The notes under the pieces were generated by a model. That model did no database searches and was not told where the DNA came from. It worked only from the letters and a program-made list of their open reading frames with translations. 64,000 nt of DNA, taken from NCBI GenBank assembly GCA_039698055.1, contig JBDKTL010000016.1:32001-96000 (forward strand), in the 5' to 3' direction. This document shows positions 62,168 through 64,000 of the stretch, piece after piece. Source of the DNA: Methanoregula sp. (GTDB lineage: Archaea > Halobacteriota > Methanomicrobia > Methanomicrobiales > Methanospirillaceae). The position numbers and the translations under genes were made by a program. How positions within the stretch are numbered: position 1 is the first letter of the stretch; the number at the start of each line of letters is the position of its first letter.

Positions 62168-63272
62168 TGCCGGTCACCCCAAACCAGAACTCTTCTCCGA
62201 TGCGACGTTTCCGGATGAATTCTGCGATATCATCGTAGGTGACTTCCTGGCCGCCGATACCGGCAATTACACTGAAGACCTCGATGTGTTCCTTTGCCAT
62301 GATCTCATGGGCGACGATGCCGCCATACCCGAATGAGTAATCCCGGTCGATGACGACAACTTCTTTTCCGGCAAGGTTAAGTTTCGGGAACGGCCTGAAC
62401 CAGCGGAGACGCATGGAACCTGCTTTAACCCCCTCTTTGCGGAGGATATCGATGGCGACTTCTGCTTCTTTCCCGAATGTGCCCATCGCGATGATGATAA
62501 CATCCGCATCATCGCACCGGTAGTCTTCGGTCGGCCCGTAGGACCGCCCGAACTTTTTGGCGAAATCTTTCTCGGTTTCTTCAATGACACGAACCGAGTC
62601 CCGCATCGAGCGCTCGATATCCCAGCGGAAACGGAAATGATCGTTTGGCCCGGTAAGTCCCCCGTAGCCGGTCGGGTTTTTGGGATCAATGGCATGGGGC
62701 AGGTGGCATGGCGGGATAAATGTGCCCGGCTCAACGGTGTCAAGAGGCTGCATGATGTGGCTTAAGGAAAAACCGTCAAGGTTTACCATCACCGGCAGCA
62801 GTACGTCGTTGTGCTCGGCGATCCGGAATGCCATGAGTGTGGTATCGTAGGCCTCCTGAACGGTCGATACATATACCTGAAGCCAGCCGGTGTCCCGCTC
62901 CTGCAGGGCATCCGTGTGTTCCGCCCAGATATTCCAGCCCGGGCCGATCGCCCGGTTCACGTTTGCCATAACGATGGGGAGCCGTGCGCCCGCCGCCCAG
63001 TTGGTCATCTCGTGCATGTACAGCAGGCCGTGGGAACTGGTTGCCGTGAACGTCCGAACTCCGGTGATGGATGCTCCGATACAGGCAGCCATCGCAGAAT
63101 GCTCACTTTCGACCGGGATGTACCGGCTTTTCAGCTGCCCGCTTGTCACAAAATCCGCAATTGTCTCAACGATTTCAGTCTGCGGCGTGATTGGGTATGC
63201 AGCGACGACTTCGGGTTTTGCCTGTCTGACTGCTTCAGCCACAGCTTTGTTGCCCGTTGCGATCTTCTTCAT
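62160..63272 (-). CDS. porA: 2-oxoacid:ferredoxin oxidoreductase alpha subunit
   Basis: AYPITPQT, ESEHSA, TATSSHG. Confidence 0.9.
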   Translation of the reverse strand: MKKIATGNKAVAEAVRQAKPEVVAAYPITPQTEIVETIADFVTSGQLKSRYIPVESEHSAMAACIGASITGVRTFTATSSHGLLYMHEMTNWAAGARLPIVMANVNRAIGPGWNIWAEHTDALQERDTGWLQVYVSTVQEAYDTTLMAFRIAEHNDVLLPVMVNLDGFSLSHIMQPLDTVEPGTFIPPCHLPHAIDPKNPTGYGGLTGPNDHFRFRWDIERSMRDSVRVIEETEKDFAKKFGRSYGPTEDYRCDDADVIIIAMGTFGKEAEVAIDILRKEGVKAGSMRLRWFRPFPKLNLAGKEVVVIDRDYSFGYGGIVAHEIMAKEHIEVFSVIAGIGGQEVTYDDIAEFIRKRRIGEEFWFGVTGNV

Positions 63273-64000
63273 GGTGCGGCCTCCTCGGTGGCAAGCCGCT
63301 GCAGGTTCTTTGCCAGCTTCTGCTTGAGGATATCAATCGTTTTTAAATCGATACCCTTGAATCGTCCCTGCGGAACAAGGTATTCTTCGAGCGGGATCGG
63401 TTTCTTGATTGCGGCTTTTGACGGTCCGCTGATCGTGAGTTTCCCGTGCTCGCGCTCGTAGAGTACCCATGAGCCGGATTTGACAGCAAGTTTACCCATT
63501 TCTATGGTTTTCTCTGTTGGATATCTCCAACCGGGTGGGCAGGGAGCGAGTATATGGATAAATGTCGGCCCCCTGAACGTGAGTGCCTTTGCAACTTTCT
63601 TGAAGATGTCCTGCGGGTATGCACTGCAGGAGGTTGCCATGTAGGGCGGATCGTGGGCGGCGACAATTGCGTCGATATCTTTTTTTGCATCGGTCTTCCC
63701 GGTAGGAGTGGTGGTGGTGCGGGCGCCAAGGGGAGTGCCGCTTGAGCGCTGCATGCCGGTGTTGCCGTACGCCTCGTTGTCGTAACAGATATAGAGGAAA
63801 TCCGTGCCGCGTTCGAACGCACCGGACAGTGACTGGATGCCAATGTCAAGCGTCCCGCCGTCACCAGCGTATACGATCACGTTGGTTTTCTTCCCGGTTT
63901 CACGGAACGCGTTGCTCATACCCGATGCGCAGGCAGCCGCAGCCGCAAACGCAACGTTATAGACCGGTACGTTCATCGCGGTGTTCGGGTAGATGCCCTG
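63269..64000 (-). CDS. porB: 2-oxoacid:ferredoxin oxidoreductase beta subunit, 5'-truncated by window end
   Basis: TPP motif GDGG..DIG..YDNEAYGNTG.Q.S; PCPPGW. Confidence 0.9.
   Translation of the reverse strand, partial: QGIYPNTAMNVPVYNVAFAAAAACASGMSNAFRETGKKTNVIVYAGDGGTLDIGIQSLSGAFERGTDFLYICYDNEAYGNTGMQRSSGTPLGARTTTTPTGKTDAKKDIDAIVAAHDPPYMATSCSAYPQDIFKKVAKALTFRGPTFIHILAPCPPGWRYPTEKTIEMGKLAVKSGSWVLYEREHGKLTISGPSKAAIKKPIPLEEYLVPQGRFKGIDLKTIDILKQKLAKNLQRLATEEAAP

Overview
64-kb chromosomal segment of a methanogenic archaeon, most likely Methanomicrobiales (Methanoregula-like), judged from gene content. No rRNA, tRNA or CRISPR array was recognised. Most of 22.6-64 kb is archaeal housekeeping: aIF-1A, a pilin-like cluster, hisG, the mevalonate cluster (hmgA, HMG-CoA synthase, thiolase, DUF35), ribK/ribB, RPA, pyrF, deoxyhypusine synthase, tiaS, thermosome and a por-type oxidoreductase operon. 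Two accessory regions stand out. (1) An integrase-less island at about 7.55-22 kb. It carries a 4-gene module of unknown function and a tightly coupled, AT-rich 5-gene operon (SIS-HAD fusion, PRTase-like protein, P-loop ATPase, possible tandem CARF-like protein, PfkB kinase with CxxC motifs), which is the best candidate for an uncharacterised nucleotide/sugar-phosphate defence system. It also carries an AlbA_2/Schlafen protein and an ArdC cassette bracketed by ~410-bp structured inverted repeats rich in GNA-loop hairpins. (2) A type IIG R-M locus (45.5-51.3 kb) with an AT-rich specificity region, a duplicated 3' end flanking cargo genes, and a VapBC pair. The aIF-1A gene appears to start at a CTG codon. 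All family assignments come from motif recognition by eye; no searches were run.
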